Shown here piece after piece: positions 17,128-25,662 of a stretch of DNA of 32,000 bases (positions are counted from its first letter, which is position 1; every line of letters begins with the position of its first letter). The notes under the pieces are model-generated. The model saw only the letters and a list, made by a program, of their open reading frames with translations. It searched no databases and was not told the DNA's origin. The position numbers and the translations under genes were made by a program. The DNA lies in assembly GCF_000012905.2 (NCBI RefSeq), contig NC_007490.2, positions 68,828 through 100,827 on the forward strand. The letters run 5' to 3'. The stretch comes from Cereibacter sphaeroides 2.4.1 (GTDB lineage Bacteria; Pseudomonadota; Alphaproteobacteria; Rhodobacterales; Rhodobacteraceae).

Positions 17128-17682
17128 GTGTCAATTGTGACAACAACGGCTGTCGACAGCGGACGCTTGATGAGGTCCGCTTTTGCGCGATCCCGCAGCG
17201 GTGAGCACACTGTCGTTCGGGAGCTTGGGCGTGCTGACGATCTCGGTCCGATCCTGCACTTGGTCAGGGATGCGCATGCCGAAAGCCGCTTCTCGTATAT
17301 TGCCTTCTGTGAGGGCAAGGCACGTGCGGCCATACAAGCGATAGCTGATGATCGCAGGCTGCAGTGTGGATTTATCGCTTGGCAAGGTGGCACGCCGATC
17401 GGATTCTCATCATGCCGTCTGGGTGAGTACTTCCTTGGTACCGGCGTGCTGGTGGCCACCATCAATAACGTCTTTGTCGCCAGGACAGCACGTCGTTCGC
17501 TGAATGGCGGATCGGCAGCTCTTGGCCTCATGGAGCACATGCTGACATGGGCGGCCAGAAGAGGTGCCCACGAGATCATGCTCCATACTACCTCGGGTAT
17601 TGATCCCGGCCGCACCCATAAGCTTGTCAAGCGCCTTGGCTTCGGCGTGGTCGGCGGCAGTTACGTGCGACGATTCCAATGA
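17128..17682 (+). CDS. GNAT-family N-acetyltransferase
   Basis: It has a motif-A-like region (VFVARTARRSLNGGSAALGLMEHMLTWAARRGAHEIML) and a C-terminal KLVKRLGFGVVG. The start is uncertain: GTG 17128 or ATG 17170. Confidence 0.6.
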   Translation: MSIVTTTAVDSGRLMRSAFARSRSGEHTVVRELGRADDLGPILHLVRDAHAESRFSYIAFCEGKARAAIQAIADDRRLQCGFIAWQGGTPIGFSSCRLGEYFLGTGVLVATINNVFVARTARRSLNGGSAALGLMEHMLTWAARRGAHEIMLHTTSGIDPGRTHKLVKRLGFGVVGGSYVRRFQ

Positions 17683-17744
17683 ATTTCAAGCCCCGACGGC
17701 CGGCCAGCTGGTTGAGCCAAACTCTCAAGACGGAGGATGATGTG

Positions 17745-18215
17745 ATGGTATGTGGGAAGCGATCTCGATTGCGTTGTTTGATAAGGTGGTGCTGCGCAGC
17801 CGTTGTAGCGGGCGGGATATTCCCGCTGGCTGCGCACGCGCAGGTCACCGCGCCCGAATTGACTTCGGCCGCGGCTCTCCTCGACTGGCTGGCGACGGAG
17901 GCGGAGGCGGGGGCAACCAGAGTTCGTCTGTCCGAAACCGGCACGATCTGCGTCGTGGGCCAGTACACCCGCGTTGATCGTTCGCTCAAGAAGCACGGCG
18001 TCGACGTAAATGACAAAACGCACGTGCCGGAGAATAATGTCGCGATCGTATTGATCAATGGATCGGAAGTTTCGACGTCGCTGCACCGTCAGAACAAGCT
18101 TTTATTCCATTATCTTGGTTGCTGGGAGGCTTCGCGCATTGAAATTGAATTCGAACCATTCATTGCGCTGGATACGGGGTTCATCAACGTATGGTTTCGA
18201 CCGATCCTGAAATGA
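17745..18215 (+). CDS. small secreted hypothetical protein
   Basis: ATG 17745 lies 7 nt after GGAGGA. It has a signal peptide ([25 protein letters not shown]|Q). An alternative ATG 17679 forms ATGA with the GNAT stop. I recognise no family. Confidence 0.5.
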   Translation: MVCGKRSRLRCLIRWCCAAVVAGGIFPLAAHAQVTAPELTSAAALLDWLATEAEAGATRVRLSETGTICVVGQYTRVDRSLKKHGVDVNDKTHVPENNVAIVLINGSEVSTSLHRQNKLLFHYLGCWEASRIEIEFEPFIALDTGFINVWFRPILK

Positions 18216-18240
18216 AGTCACTCTGTGTTTGGGGTTAAAT

Positions 18241-21200
18241 ATGAGCGAAGGCTTGCCGTTAAAAGACGTACTTAATAACGTTAACGATGCTTTTGGAGAA
18301 ATGCTTGAGCGCGTAGAGGATCAAGCCCTTGAATCAAAGAGGAATTTTAAGGATTGGCTTGCAAAGGCTGGCGAGAATTTCGCGGCCGATATCGGAATTA
18401 CAGACCAGTTTGAAATCAACGGCGTCGTTCATGTCTATACGTCAGCGATGCACGCATACAAAATCCACAAGTCTTTTAGCTTCACCTTCGGCTGGATCAA
18501 TGAGGTGCATAATATATGGGCAACCGAGGCGGACGTCATCTTGGACACCCGGAAGGACATCTACAACAACGTAGTCGGCCGCCAGATTGCTGAGTTCGCC
18601 GTAGATAACGGGTTTGGTCGCGACGTCGTCGAAAGCCTTCTAAGAGAGGCTATCAAACAAGATCTGGTGATCCTTAACGAATTTCTTGATCCACGCACGA
18701 AGTATTACCAGTCGCCACCAGAAATCGACATGGTGGATTTGTTTAACAAAGCCTATGAGGGACGCGCCGTCGCATCCCTGAACGGCAGCGGAGGCGTCGA
18801 TGTACACTCTCTGGTCGATGGGGCGCCTGGGGACAACGTCATCGGGGATGGTTACGCTTACGACTACAGCCTTGAAATGGAGAACCCCTACAGCGCGACT
18901 TACGACTCTGATGGGAACATCATTTCGTCCCCGAGGCCCGAGCCGAGGCCCGACGATTTCGATCCGACGGGCTCAGGCAACCAGTCCTCGAAGCCACTGA
19001 TCATAGACATGGACGGTGACGGCATCGAAGTGTCGGCGGACAACACAGCAGACTTTGATTGGGATGCAGACGGCTACCTGGAGAACGGTAGCTGGGTTCA
19101 TCCGGACGATGCCTTCCTTGTGATCGACCTGAACGCAAATGGAAGCAGGGGTGCCGGAGACGGTAAAATTAATCAGGCGAAGGAGATTGCTTTCTCGCTC
19201 TGGACAGGTGGCAACCCCGACGACACCGATCTTCAGGCACTTGGCATTTTTGACCGTATCGCCAACGGCGGCAACGGGAACGGACGGATCGACGCGGGCG
19301 ATGCCATCTGGACTGAACTGAGAATATGGCAGGATAAGAACAGCGACGGCGTTGTGGATGGCGCGCTCGACACGCCTGGCGGAGAACTCCACACACTGTC
19401 CTCTCTGGGCTTCAGTCGCATCAACCTGAGCTATGGCTCTGGGAGCTTCGGTGACGATTCTGACGATCAGGTGACGACCGGGGCCGCCTTGTTGGGTCAA
19501 GCCTCATATGTGCGTAACGGTGTCACCACGCAAGGCGGCGTTGGTGACGTCGCTATCACCTTCAATCCGATTGGCTGGAAGAGGCTCCAGACCACTGAGG
19601 GCTATGATATCCGATTTGAGAACGGAGACAAACTCCGGTATGCCGTAGTCGCTTCAGGAGCGCCTGCGTCGGTTAACCTTGCATCTCTGGTTCTTGATGG
19701 CGCGGTCGGGGATGCGAGGGCCAATGCACTGGACGCATCCGGGCAGACCCGGCAGGTGCAGATCGCTGGTGGCGAGGGAGGAGACACGCTGCGGGGTGGT
19801 GCAAACCATGACATGTTGTCTGGAGACGGAGGTGCCGATGTCATCTACGGCAATGACGGGAATGACACACTGTTCATTGATGCTGCGGATCTCGCAAGTG
19901 GCATCGTAAACGGCGGACGCGGCCACGATACAGCCATCGTCTTAGGGTCGGAGGATGTCGTCCTTGACCTTCAGGCGCATTCGCTGGAGGCGGCAGCCGG
20001 CGGAGATGGCAACGACTCCATCTCGGGCGCGCAGCTTGATCTTAATCTCTACCTTCAAGGTGGGGCCGGAGATGACAGCGTATCCGGTGGGTCAGGTGAT
20101 GACACGCTGAGTGGTGATGCCGGCAACGACACGGTGCGAGGAGGGTATGGCGATGACACCGTTTTCGGGGCAAAGGGCAACGACAGCCTCCAAGGTCAGG
20201 CCGGCGATGATCTGCTTCTCGGTGGCGAGGGGGCCGATAGCCTGGAAGGAGGAGATGGCGATGACATAGGTTCCGGCGGTGCCGGAAACGACGTGATGAC
20301 CGGGAGCAGTGGAGACGATCACCTTTCAGGTGATGACGGCGCTGACACGCTTGATGGCGGGATGGGGGACGATTCCCTTGAAGGGAATGAGGGGAATGAC
20401 CGCCTCCTTTACTGGCGTGGCGACGATACGCTGATCGGAGGTCTAGGAAACGATACGTTCGTTCTATCAACCAGTGCAGAGTATGGCTCCGCCAGCCATT
20501 GGGGCTGGGTCATCATGCAGGGTGGCAAGGGGCAAGACACCCTGGAGCTGATTGGTTCGAGCGATAGCTACTCGATCCGGAAGGTCGATGACAACCAGTG
20601 GCAGATCTACCGCGCCACGTCGGCATCAGCCAAAGTCGTCATCGACGCTATGGACATTGAAGTGCTCCGCTTTGGAGATGGTTCAACAAGGATCCTGTCC
20701 ATCGACACATCCCTCGACACGTCTGCCGACTACGTTCGAAGCAACACCGATATGTGGGTTGGCGACAGCGCCGCCTCCATCCTCTTCGGCAGCTTTGTAG
20801 AGAATGGAACGTTGTTTGGCTGGATGGGAGAAGACACTCTGACGGGAATGATGTCGTCGGACTCGATCATTGGGGGAGAAGGTCGCGATACGGTCGATGG
20901 TGGCAACGGCAACGACAATATAAGCGGGTCAAGCGGCGGGGACTTACTCTACGGGAACGCCGATAAAGACACGATATCGGGTGGGTCCGGCTCTGACAGC
21001 CTGGTCGGGGGAACCGGAGCCGACTCCTTGGTCGGCGGCACCGGAGCAGACCTGCTGCTTGGAGAAGCCGGTATGGACACTCTGGTGGGTGGCGATGGGA
21101 GTGATAGTCTGGATGGCGGCGCCGACAGTGACGTCATTTACGGCAGCGGCGGATCTGATCTTGCATCCGGCGGCGACGGCGATGACTCCATCTATGGAGG

Positions 21201-22875
21201 AATCGGTTCGGACCGCATTTTCGGAGGCGGCGGAGACGACCTTCTGGAAGGCGACGAAGGATCGGACACGCTCTATGGGAATGACGGCAACGACACGTTA
21301 TTCGGCGCTGCAGGCTTCAACATGCTCTCGGGGGGAGACGGCAATGATAGCCTCATAGGGGGCGATGATGATGATCAACTCGTTGGCGGCAACGGAGCAG
21401 ACACACTCATCGGCGGGCAAGGCAGCGACATCATCATAGGCGGCGATGGCGGGGATCGTCTCGACGGTGGAGCGGGTGTTCTCGACGTGGTCAGCTACTA
21501 CGAGTCCGACAGCGCGGTTTTCATTGATCTGTTGAGCGGTAACACATCCGGCGGCGATGCATCCGGCGATATCTTGGCAGGCTTCGAGCACGCATCGGGT
21601 AGCAGCTACAACGACAGCCTGTGGGGCGACGACCAGAACAACGTTCTGATTGGCTTGCGAGGCGCTGATATCCTTCGGGGTCGTTCGGGCCACGATGATC
21701 TCTCGGGCGGCGACGGCGATGATAGCTTGGACGGGGGCGCCGGACTGGATCGACTTTGGGGAGACGCGGGAAACGACACGCTCTCTGGAGGCTCGGGAGC
21801 TGACACGCTGTCGGGTGGAACTGGAATCGACACCGCCTCCTATGCGACATCTGCGAGTGGACTGTGCGCGGACCTCTCCAACAGCGCAAAGAACACTGGC
21901 GACGCCGCGGATGACGTCTACGCAGGCATTGAAAATCTGATTGGATCAGATTTTTCGGACGAATTGGTGGGCAGTGGCATCGGCAACCGCCTGACAGGCG
22001 GCTCCGGACACGACTGGCTGGAAGGCCGCGCCGGCGCTGATACGCTGGACGGTGGAAGCGGCTGGGACAGAGCGGATTACTCTTTGTCGACAGCAGGTGT
22101 CTCAGCCGACCTACTTACGCCTACCTCCAACACCGGCGACGCGGCGGGTGATACCTACATTTCGATCGAAAGCCTCGGTGGATCGAATTTCGGCGACACT
22201 CTAGCGGGTGACAACAACGCGAACACCCTCCTCGGTCGGTCCGGCAACGACGTTCTTCGGGGGCGCGAAGGCGACGATCATCTGCTCGGGCATGAGGACA
22301 ACGACATACTCGATGGCGGCGCTGGGAGCGACACCCTCGACGGAGGGGAAGGCATTGATCGTGTTTCGTACGGTTCGGCCACGACGGCGGTCAAAGTGGA
22401 TCTCAGCGACCCAAGCATCAATACCGGCGATGCATTTGGCGACGTCTACATCTCGATCGAGAACCTCATGGGCTCAAACAACAACGACAACCTGCGCGGC
22501 AATGAAGGTGCAAACGCGATCTATGGAGCATCCGGAAACGATGTCATCTACGGTCGCGCCGGCGATGATACGGTGACCGGAGATGATGGAAATGACACTC
22601 TTTATGGGCAGGCAGGCAACGATCAACTCTACGGCGGATCCGGATCGGACGTCTTCGTCTTTGGTGCTGGCTACGCGCGTGACCGGATTGCTGATTTTGA
22701 GGACGATGTTGACATCATCCTGCTGACCGGAACAGGCATTTCGACGGTTGGTGCGGCAATGGCCCACGCTCGTCAGTCCGGCTCGGATGTCATCTTCGAC
22801 TTTGGTGGTGACGATGTTCTAACGGTGACGAACACGCTGCTGGGTCAGTTGTCTAACGACCTGCAGTTGGCCTGA
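18241..22875 (+). CDS. giant RTX (hemolysin-type calcium-binding repeat) protein, probable type I secretion substrate
   Basis: 1544 aa. An N-terminal ~250-aa non-repeat domain is followed by a Ca-binding '[13 protein letters not shown]...' module. After that come dozens of GGxGxDxUx nonapeptides in several blocks. There is no N-terminal signal peptide, and the acidic C-terminus is non-repeat ([15 protein letters not shown]...). Confidence 0.9.
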   Translation: MSEGLPLKDVLNNVNDAFGEMLERVEDQALESKRNFKDWLAKAGENFAADIGITDQFEINGVVHVYTSAMHAYKIHKSFSFTFGWINEVHNIWATEADVILDTRKDIYNNVVGRQIAEFAVDNGFGRDVVESLLREAIKQDLVILNEFLDPRTKYYQSPPEIDMVDLFNKAYEGRAVASLNGSGGVDVHSLVDGAPGDNVIGDGYAYDYSLEMENPYSATYDSDGNIISSPRPEPRPDDFDPTGSGNQSSKPLIIDMDGDGIEVSADNTADFDWDADGYLENGSWVHPDDAFLVIDLNANGSRGAGDGKINQAKEIAFSLWTGGNPDDTDLQALGIFDRIANGGNGNGRIDAGDAIWTELRIWQDKNSDGVVDGALDTPGGELHTLSSLGFSRINLSYGSGSFGDDSDDQVTTGAALLGQASYVRNGVTTQGGVGDVAITFNPIGWKRLQTTEGYDIRFENGDKLRYAVVASGAPASVNLASLVLDGAVGDARANALDASGQTRQVQIAGGEGGDTLRGGANHDMLSGDGGADVIYGNDGNDTLFIDAADLASGIVNGGRGHDTAIVLGSEDVVLDLQAHSLEAAAGGDGNDSISGAQLDLNLYLQGGAGDDSVSGGSGDDTLSGDAGNDTVRGGYGDDTVFGAKGNDSLQGQAGDDLLLGGEGADSLEGGDGDDIGSGGAGNDVMTGSSGDDHLSGDDGADTLDGGMGDDSLEGNEGNDRLLYWRGDDTLIGGLGNDTFVLSTSAEYGSASHWGWVIMQGGKGQDTLELIGSSDSYSIRKVDDNQWQIYRATSASAKVVIDAMDIEVLRFGDGSTRILSIDTSLDTSADYVRSNTDMWVGDSAASILFGSFVENGTLFGWMGEDTLTGMMSSDSIIGGEGRDTVDGGNGNDNISGSSGGDLLYGNADKDTISGGSGSDSLVGGTGADSLVGGTGADLLLGEAGMDTLVGGDGSDSLDGGADSDVIYGSGGSDLASGGDGDDSIYGGIGSDRIFGGGGDDLLEGDEGSDTLYGNDGNDTLFGAAGFNMLSGGDGNDSLIGGDDDDQLVGGNGADTLIGGQGSDIIIGGDGGDRLDGGAGVLDVVSYYESDSAVFIDLLSGNTSGGDASGDILAGFEHASGSSYNDSLWGDDQNNVLIGLRGADILRGRSGHDDLSGGDGDDSLDGGAGLDRLWGDAGNDTLSGGSGADTLSGGTGIDTASYATSASGLCADLSNSAKNTGDAADDVYAGIENLIGSDFSDELVGSGIGNRLTGGSGHDWLEGRAGADTLDGGSGWDRADYSLSTAGVSADLLTPTSNTGDAAGDTYISIESLGGSNFGDTLAGDNNANTLLGRSGNDVLRGREGDDHLLGHEDNDILDGGAGSDTLDGGEGIDRVSYGSATTAVKVDLSDPSINTGDAFGDVYISIENLMGSNNNDNLRGNEGANAIYGASGNDVIYGRAGDDTVTGDDGNDTLYGQAGNDQLYGGSGSDVFVFGAGYARDRIADFEDDVDIILLTGTGISTVGAAMAHARQSGSDVIFDFGGDDVLTVTNTLLGQLSNDLQLA
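19765..22660 (+). repeat. coding RTX nonapeptide repeat arrays (GGxGxDxUx), including four ~70-100-aa super-modules from ~21487
   Basis: Translation shows repeated G-G-x-G-x-D-x-L/I/V-x units. Four longer units share the pattern D.xSY...s...xDL......TGDAxGDxYxxIExLxGSxxxDxL. Confidence 0.8.
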
Positions 22876-23059
22876 TAAGAAGCACAGGCCGCCGATTAAG
22901 CGAGGGGTCCCGACGCGCACCTTATCAGGCATCGGAGCGGGACCCCGAGAGACCATATCAGCTTGGCGAATTATACGCAGGTTAAGCCACTTGAGCGAAT
23001 GCCGCAGTGGAGGTTTCATGCCCAGCACGACAGCCTTGTGGGAGGTTCGGTCAGACCTG

Positions 23060-23344
23060 TCAGGCAGCGAGGGTCTTCATGACCAACTCCGGAGCGGCCT
23101 GGATGACCCGAACATAGGCGACGGCAAAATCAGGTGCCGTGGCTCTCGCCTGCTCCCAATCCCTCAGAGTCCCGACAGGGACACGGAAACGCTCCGCGAA
23201 ATCGGCCTGCGAGAGCCCGAGGCCCGACCTCACCTTACGGATCAGCCGCGCCCGCTGACCGCGATCCATTGCCTCCGCCGTCACATCGAAATCTTCCGCG
23301 TCGGACGTGTCAGCAGGAAGAACGATAGGCTCTTTCTTCACCAT
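23060..23344 (-). CDS. brnA: BrnA-like antitoxin (HTH, XRE-like C-terminal part)
   Basis: 94 aa. 'LGLSQADFAERFRVPVGTLRDWEQARATAPDFAVAYVRVI' is the pattern of BrnA-type antitoxins paired with BrnT. AAGGAG lies 5 nt upstream of ATG 23344. It overlaps the brnT 3' end by 35 nt. Confidence 0.75.
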   Translation of the reverse strand: MVKKEPIVLPADTSDAEDFDVTAEAMDRGQRARLIRKVRSGLGLSQADFAERFRVPVGTLRDWEQARATAPDFAVAYVRVIQAAPELVMKTLAA

Positions 23345-23582
23345 TGTTGCTCCTTCTCACGGAAATATAGCGGGGCAGATCGCCCCGCCATGTGAACACG
23401 GCCGTGAAGAGCTTCCCCTCGACCTCACCTACAACCTTGAAGCGCTCTTCCTGATCTTCGGCACGGATCGAGGGGATAATGAGGTGACTATCGTCCTCGA
23501 AGATCCGATCGCCAAAGATCAGTGGCAACTTGTGCTTCTGCAGGTTCGCGGCGTCTTTCGCGGGATCGAATCTGCTCTCCAT
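23310..23582 (-). CDS. brnT: BrnT-family (DUF497) toxin
   Basis: 90 aa from ATG 23582. 'FDPAKDAANLQKHKL...ERFKVVGEVEGKLFTAVFTWRGDLPRYISVRRSNNGEERAY' matches the BrnT/DUF497 pattern (F.WD..K...N..KHG ... R.ISaR.a...E...Y). The track ORF start 23618 is probably too long. Confidence 0.8.
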   Translation of the reverse strand: MESRFDPAKDAANLQKHKLPLIFGDRIFEDDSHLIIPSIRAEDQEERFKVVGEVEGKLFTAVFTWRGDLPRYISVRRSNNGEERAYRSSC

Positions 23583-23593
23583 AACTACCAACA

Positions 23594-23608
23594 TACGGAA
23601 TTTCCGTA
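23594..23608. promoter_or_regulatory. perfect palindrome TACGGAA-T-TTCCGTA, 12 nt upstream of the brnT start; candidate BrnA operator
   Basis: Read directly from the sequence. The 7-bp arms surround one central base, and the site sits in the brnTA 5' region. Confidence 0.5.
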
Positions 23609-23658
23609 CTCGTTGCAACGCCGGTCATGGCATTGCCGCGCCCCATGATTGGACCCAG

Positions 23659-23880
23659 CTATCCGGGTTGGCGCTCGGGTAGGGATGACCCGACCCATAA
23701 TGCTAACTGCTTCCTCGAGGAAGCCAATGTGTCCGGCAGACAGGCGCGGTGTGCAGCTCCGTGCCCGCCGTCCAGCGGCGCAGCCAGCGGACCTCTGCAC
23801 AGGTTGCGGACATCCCGGATGAGGAGGTGCGCCGTGCGCGACTCGATGTACCCGGCCCATTGCGGCCGGTCGATCATCAT
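23659..23880 (-). CDS. possible small ORF or 5' gene remnant (73 aa)
   Basis: ATG 23880 lies 8 nt after GGAG. The first ~27 codons (MMIDRPQWAGYIESRTAHLLIRDVRNL) have good GC3 and the rest is poorer. I recognise no family. Confidence 0.2.
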   Translation of the reverse strand: MMIDRPQWAGYIESRTAHLLIRDVRNLCRGPLAAPLDGGHGAAHRACLPDTLASSRKQLALWVGSSLPERQPG

Positions 23881-24235
23881 GGGTGCTGCTCCGCAGCGAT
23901 CATCGAAGCGGTCGCTCAGAGGCGGCGCAGCGAGATCTTAGAAGATAACAAAGAGTTGCGGGAAATCCTGCTGTTCGCCGCAGATGCTCGATGCTTGCCG
24001 TGCCTGCGGATATTTCCGCACGTCGGGCGGGAAGTGGACATCGGACAGGCCTCGACATCAAGGAGCAATGATCGAGAAATCACCGATGACCAGGTCGCCA
24101 CCCGAGCACTCAACCGCATGACAACCTCCGTCGCGCGGGGATCGTTCGTGGCTGAAGATCCGCAGGAAGTCCAACCTTCGTCGCTTGCTTGACCCATGCA
24201 GTCGCGTAACAGCAGGTTGATTCAGATGGCGAGGC

Positions 24236-24420
24236 TCAGAAGGCGTAGCGCAGGCCGGCGAGCAGGTCGAAGGTCTCGAGCCTGCCGTTGAAGTTGTCCC
24301 CGCCTGGGCCGTCAAACCTACCGACTCGGTCTGGAACCAGCGTCCCTCGGCGAATAGGGTGGCATTGGGGCTCAGTTTGTAGTCAAGGCCGCCGATCAAC
24401 TGGTGAGGCGCAGATGGCGC
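24236..24420 (-). pseudogene. 3' remnant of an outer-membrane beta-barrel (OmpA-like/porin-family) gene, frameshifted and 5'-truncated
   Basis: One minus frame reads ...LIGGLDYKLSPNATLFAEGRWFQTESVG. A second frame continues FDGPGGDNFNGRLETFDLLAGLRYAF-stop (stop at 24236-24238). The terminal aromatic and alternating pattern is typical of OM beta-barrels. The frame switch is near 24310-24320, and no N-terminal part is present. Confidence 0.5.
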
Positions 24421-24448
24421 GGCTGCAGCCCTTCTCCCCAACCCGTCG

Positions 24449-25234
24449 TCATCGCCAGGCGCGCCGGGTGTCGGTTTCCTCAAGCATTCGTCCGTCATGG
24501 AAGAGCAGGAGCGTCAGTGTCTCGTTGCGACCGATACGGACGGTCTGCTCCTTGACCTCGAAATGGTCCGCTCCCGTCCGGTCGAACCAGGCATCTGCAC
24601 CCATCTTCTTGGGGGAAAGCGTTTCCTGAGCGAAACCGAACTGGATGTCGAACGCGAAGCTCTCGTGATCCAGTTCCCGCTGTGGATACCACCGCTCTGG
24701 AATGCTTTTCGACCGCGTGAACCAGCGGCGTCCGTTCCGCCCGTGGCAGACGAGCATCGAAGGTTCGAGGTCCGCCTCGACGAGCCGGATGGCCGCAGCG
24801 GTGAAGCTGACGTCGAAGGCCTCAGCGAAGGACCGGATGGTCGAGACGTCAAGCTTCTTCGTCTGTCGGACGAGGGGGCGGAACAGGTAGTTCGGCATCA
24901 GGAGGTCGGCCGCGTATCCATCGGCCGTCCGCTCTCGGGATGTTCCAGTTCGCGGATGGTAGTCCTCGACGCGGCACATCAGGCACTGCCCGCGATGATG
25001 GTGCCAGTGGCCGAGCTCGTGGGCGATCGAGAACCGCTGGCGAGCGGCAGGGCTGCGGCTGTTGACGGTGATGATCGCCTTGTCGTTCGCGCCGACGATG
25101 CGTGCCTCGCAGCCGTCAAGGGCGAGGTAACGCACCTTCGCCCCTGCATCGAACGCGATGGCCTCAAGGTCGATCTCACTGGGGTCTGTCACGCCCAGGT
25201 CCTGGAGCACGGCTTCGGCCGGGGTGAGACGCAT
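24449..25234 (-). CDS. ImmA/IrrE-family zinc metallopeptidase (CapP-like) with an extra C-terminal domain
   Basis: 261 aa. The HEXXH motif is AHELGH (nt 25007-25021), followed by 'ADGYAADLLMP', typical of Peptidase_M78/ImmA. About 120 aa of C-terminal extension follow. The start shares one base with the upstream stop (TGATG). Confidence 0.85.
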   Translation of the reverse strand: MRLTPAEAVLQDLGVTDPSEIDLEAIAFDAGAKVRYLALDGCEARIVGANDKAIITVNSRSPAARQRFSIAHELGHWHHHRGQCLMCRVEDYHPRTGTSRERTADGYAADLLMPNYLFRPLVRQTKKLDVSTIRSFAEAFDVSFTAAAIRLVEADLEPSMLVCHGRNGRRWFTRSKSIPERWYPQRELDHESFAFDIQFGFAQETLSPKKMGADAWFDRTGADHFEVKEQTVRIGRNETLTLLLFHDGRMLEETDTRRAWR

Positions 25235-25662
25235 CAGGACAGGCCGTCCTGGGGATCGATTACCCCGAGCTCCATCAGATCCTGGAGCTGGCTCAGCACG
25301 TCGGCATCGGAAAGCTCGCTTTCGTTGCGGGCCGCCATCGTCAAGCCGGCCGGGTTCCTGTCGATCGCCTGCCGCAGCCGCGCGCGTGCAGATGCCATGT
25401 CGATGACTGCAGGCGGGTGCGGGGTTTCCTGACGACGTGCAGCGGAAACACCTGCCTTGGCGGCCGCCATCCGGGTCTTTCTGGACGCAATACGGACCTG
25501 TTCGAACCGGGCCCGCATGCGGGAAGCGAATGCCTCCGGATCGCGACCATCTTCACGTGCTTCCGCCAGGATTTCCTCGTCCGACAGGCTCATGAGATCT
25601 TCCACGAATGCGTCTGCCAAGCGGTCGAGAGGGCGCTTTCGAAATGATTTTTCACTTGTCAT
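25234..25662 (-). CDS. hypothetical helical acidic protein (142 aa) between the sigma-like gene and the peptidase; candidate protease substrate or anti-sigma
   Basis: ATG 25662 forms ATGA with the stop of the sigma-like gene; ATG 25671 is an alternative start. I recognise no HTH, TM segment or zinc motif. GC3 bias is good. Confidence 0.6.
   Translation of the reverse strand: MTSEKSFRKRPLDRLADAFVEDLMSLSDEEILAEAREDGRDPEAFASRMRARFEQVRIASRKTRMAAAKAGVSAARRQETPHPPAVIDMASARARLRQAIDRNPAGLTMAARNESELSDADVLSQLQDLMELGVIDPQDGLS

Noticed and set aside
16941-17630. A 229-aa minus ORF opposite the GNAT gene. Its last 36 codons (MSRKIELYMDEAGHVQW..., ATG 17051) faintly resemble the start of a DUF3800-type protein (YxDESG).
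   Set aside because: Most of the ORF is antisense to a better-supported GNAT gene. The 36-aa piece is too short, and the resemblance rests on about 5 residues. At most it is a gene fragment.
17128-17682. The idea that the GNAT is a HlyC/RtxC-type toxin acyltransferase.
   Set aside because: The sequence does not resemble HlyC as I remember it. It has a generic GNAT motif A and C-terminal GF pattern. I kept this only as a functional hypothesis in the findings, not as an annotation.
19765-22660. Highly repetitive DNA that might be mistaken for a CRISPR array or a tandem-repeat locus.
   Set aside because: The repeats are degenerate at nucleotide level and in-frame, and they translate to GGxGxD nonapeptides. 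There are no constant-length direct repeats with unique spacers.
22871-22946. Inverted repeats just after the RTX stop: CCTGATAAG (22871-22879) with CTTATCAGG (22921-22929), and GGGGTCCCG (22904-22912) with CGGGACCCC (22938-22946).
   Set aside because: The two pairs are interleaved rather than nested, the loops are 25-40 nt, and no U-tract follows. This is not a canonical intrinsic terminator. It may be a structured 3' end, but chance is plausible.
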